Shown here in pieces: positions 31,105 to 32,000 of a DNA stretch of 32,000 nt. Each line of letters opens with the position of its first letter. Position 1 is the first letter of the stretch. A program made the translations under genes and the position numbers. The notes below the pieces were generated by a model. It searched no databases and had not been told where the DNA came from. It worked only from the letters and a program-made list of their open reading frames with translations. The DNA comes from Wolbachia endosymbiont of Dirofilaria (Dirofilaria) immitis (GTDB lineage Bacteria; Pseudomonadota; Alphaproteobacteria; Rickettsiales; Anaplasmataceae). The DNA lies in the NCBI RefSeq assembly GCF_013365455.1, contig NZ_CP046578.1:510001-542000 (forward strand), read 5' to 3'.

Positions 31105-32000
31105 TCAACTATTTAGTGACTCATTATCCGCAGCAAGTACTGATTCATGTATCATTTCCGAAACAGTTGGGTGAGGAAAAATTGTAGATTTTATATCAAG
31201 ATCTGTTGCTTCTATTTGCTTTGCAAAAACAAAATTGCTAACCAACTCTGTTACTTCCGCTCCTAACAGGTGAGCTCCAAGTAGCTCACCTGTTTTTTTA
31301 TCTATTACCGTTTTCACTAATCCTCCAGTTTCATCGAACACAATAGATTTACCATTAAAGTTAGAATAAAACTTTCCTACTTTTATATCATATCCACCTT
31401 TAATCGCTTGTTCTTCAGTTAGGCCAACACTTGCTATTTGTGGGTGAGAGTAAGTACAATTTGGTATGCACTCTTTTTTTAATACATGAGTACCCTTACC
31501 AGCAATCTTTTCAACACAGATCATAGCTTCATAACTCGCTTTATGTGCTAAACATGGAGGGCCAGCTACATCACCTATTGCATATATATTCGGCTCACAT
31601 GTTTCATACCATTCATTCGTTTCAATAAAGCCAGAAGGACTCAATTTAATCTTTGTATTCTCTAGACCTATATTCTCAGTGTTTGCTTGAACGCCAACTG
31701 CAACAATCACTCTATCAAATTCCTTGCTTTTACCACTACTTAGCTGTACTTTAACAGAGCCTCTATTTTTAGTTACAGTCTTTATACTATTGTTTGTATA
31801 TATTTTTATTCCCTGTTTCATAAATATTTCTTGCGCTAATCCTGAAATATCCCTATCTTCTAACGGCAAAATAGTGTCTTTTACCTCTATAATTGAAACA
31901 TCAACTCCCAAAGTACTACAGAAGCTTGCAAATTCCACCCCAATTGCACCAGATCCTATGATTAGCAACGATTTTGGTAATTTCTCTGGAGCTACAGCAT
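31105..32000 (-). CDS. lpdA: Dihydrolipoyl dehydrogenase, N-terminal part beyond the right window edge
   Basis: SLLIIGSGAIGVEFASF NAD-binding motif, IYAIGDVAGPPCLAHKASYEA, GAHLLGAEVTELV, FPHPTVSEMIHE. The frame stays open upstream of the track start (AVAPEKLPKSLLIIGSG) to base 32000. Confidence 0.95.
   Translation of the reverse strand, partial: AVAPEKLPKSLLIIGSGAIGVEFASFCSTLGVDVSIIEVKDTILPLEDRDISGLAQEIFMKQGIKIYTNNSIKTVTKNRGSVKVQLSSGKSKEFDRVIVAVGVQANTENIGLENTKIKLSPSGFIETNEWYETCEPNIYAIGDVAGPPCLAHKASYEAMICVEKIAGKGTHVLKKECIPNCTYSHPQIASVGLTEEQAIKGGYDIKVGKFYSNFNGKSIVFDETGGLVKTVIDKKTGELLGAHLLGAEVTELVSNFVFAKQIEATDLDIKSTIFPHPTVSEMIHESVLAADNESLNS

Noticed and set aside
1-32000. CRISPR array, toxin-antitoxin module, retron, prophage or ankyrin-repeat effector genes
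   Set aside because: I looked for regular spacer repeats, reverse transcriptase motifs, insertion sequences and accessory gene cassettes and saw none. The window is housekeeping genes plus degraded intergenic DNA.

Overview
The window looks like an ordinary AT-rich chromosomal segment from a Wolbachia-type Rickettsiales endosymbiont. That assignment is inferred from protein signatures and gene content; no database search was run. It carries about 23 recognisable housekeeping CDSs. These include a partial CDS at the left edge (probably rpsF), dnaE, an SDR/NAD-epimerase-like gene, a serine esterase, an ETC complex I NDUFS4-like subunit, nitroreductase, dapF, sucD/sucC, rpsU, secB, a Tim44-like gene, dnaQ, a SCO1/SenC gene, gltA, rpsT, plsC, a xerD-type recombinase, a DnaA/Hda-like gene, a PerM/AI-2E family gene, the tig-clpP-clpX-lon cluster, a BON-domain protein, gshB, murG and a partial lpdA, plus tRNA-Leu(UAG). 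The most notable features are: a bioY biotin-transporter pseudogene that I could reconstruct across several frameshifts and a stop; a possible short decayed ORF just beyond it; an unlisted 56-aa single-pass membrane ORF overlapping the xerD start; a DnaA-like protein with an N-terminal QLNLF motif resembling the Hda clamp-binding motif; and long AT-rich non-coding stretches beside tightly packed or overlapping genes, which suggests a decaying genome. I found no convincing novel defence system, mobile element, CRISPR array or biosynthetic system.
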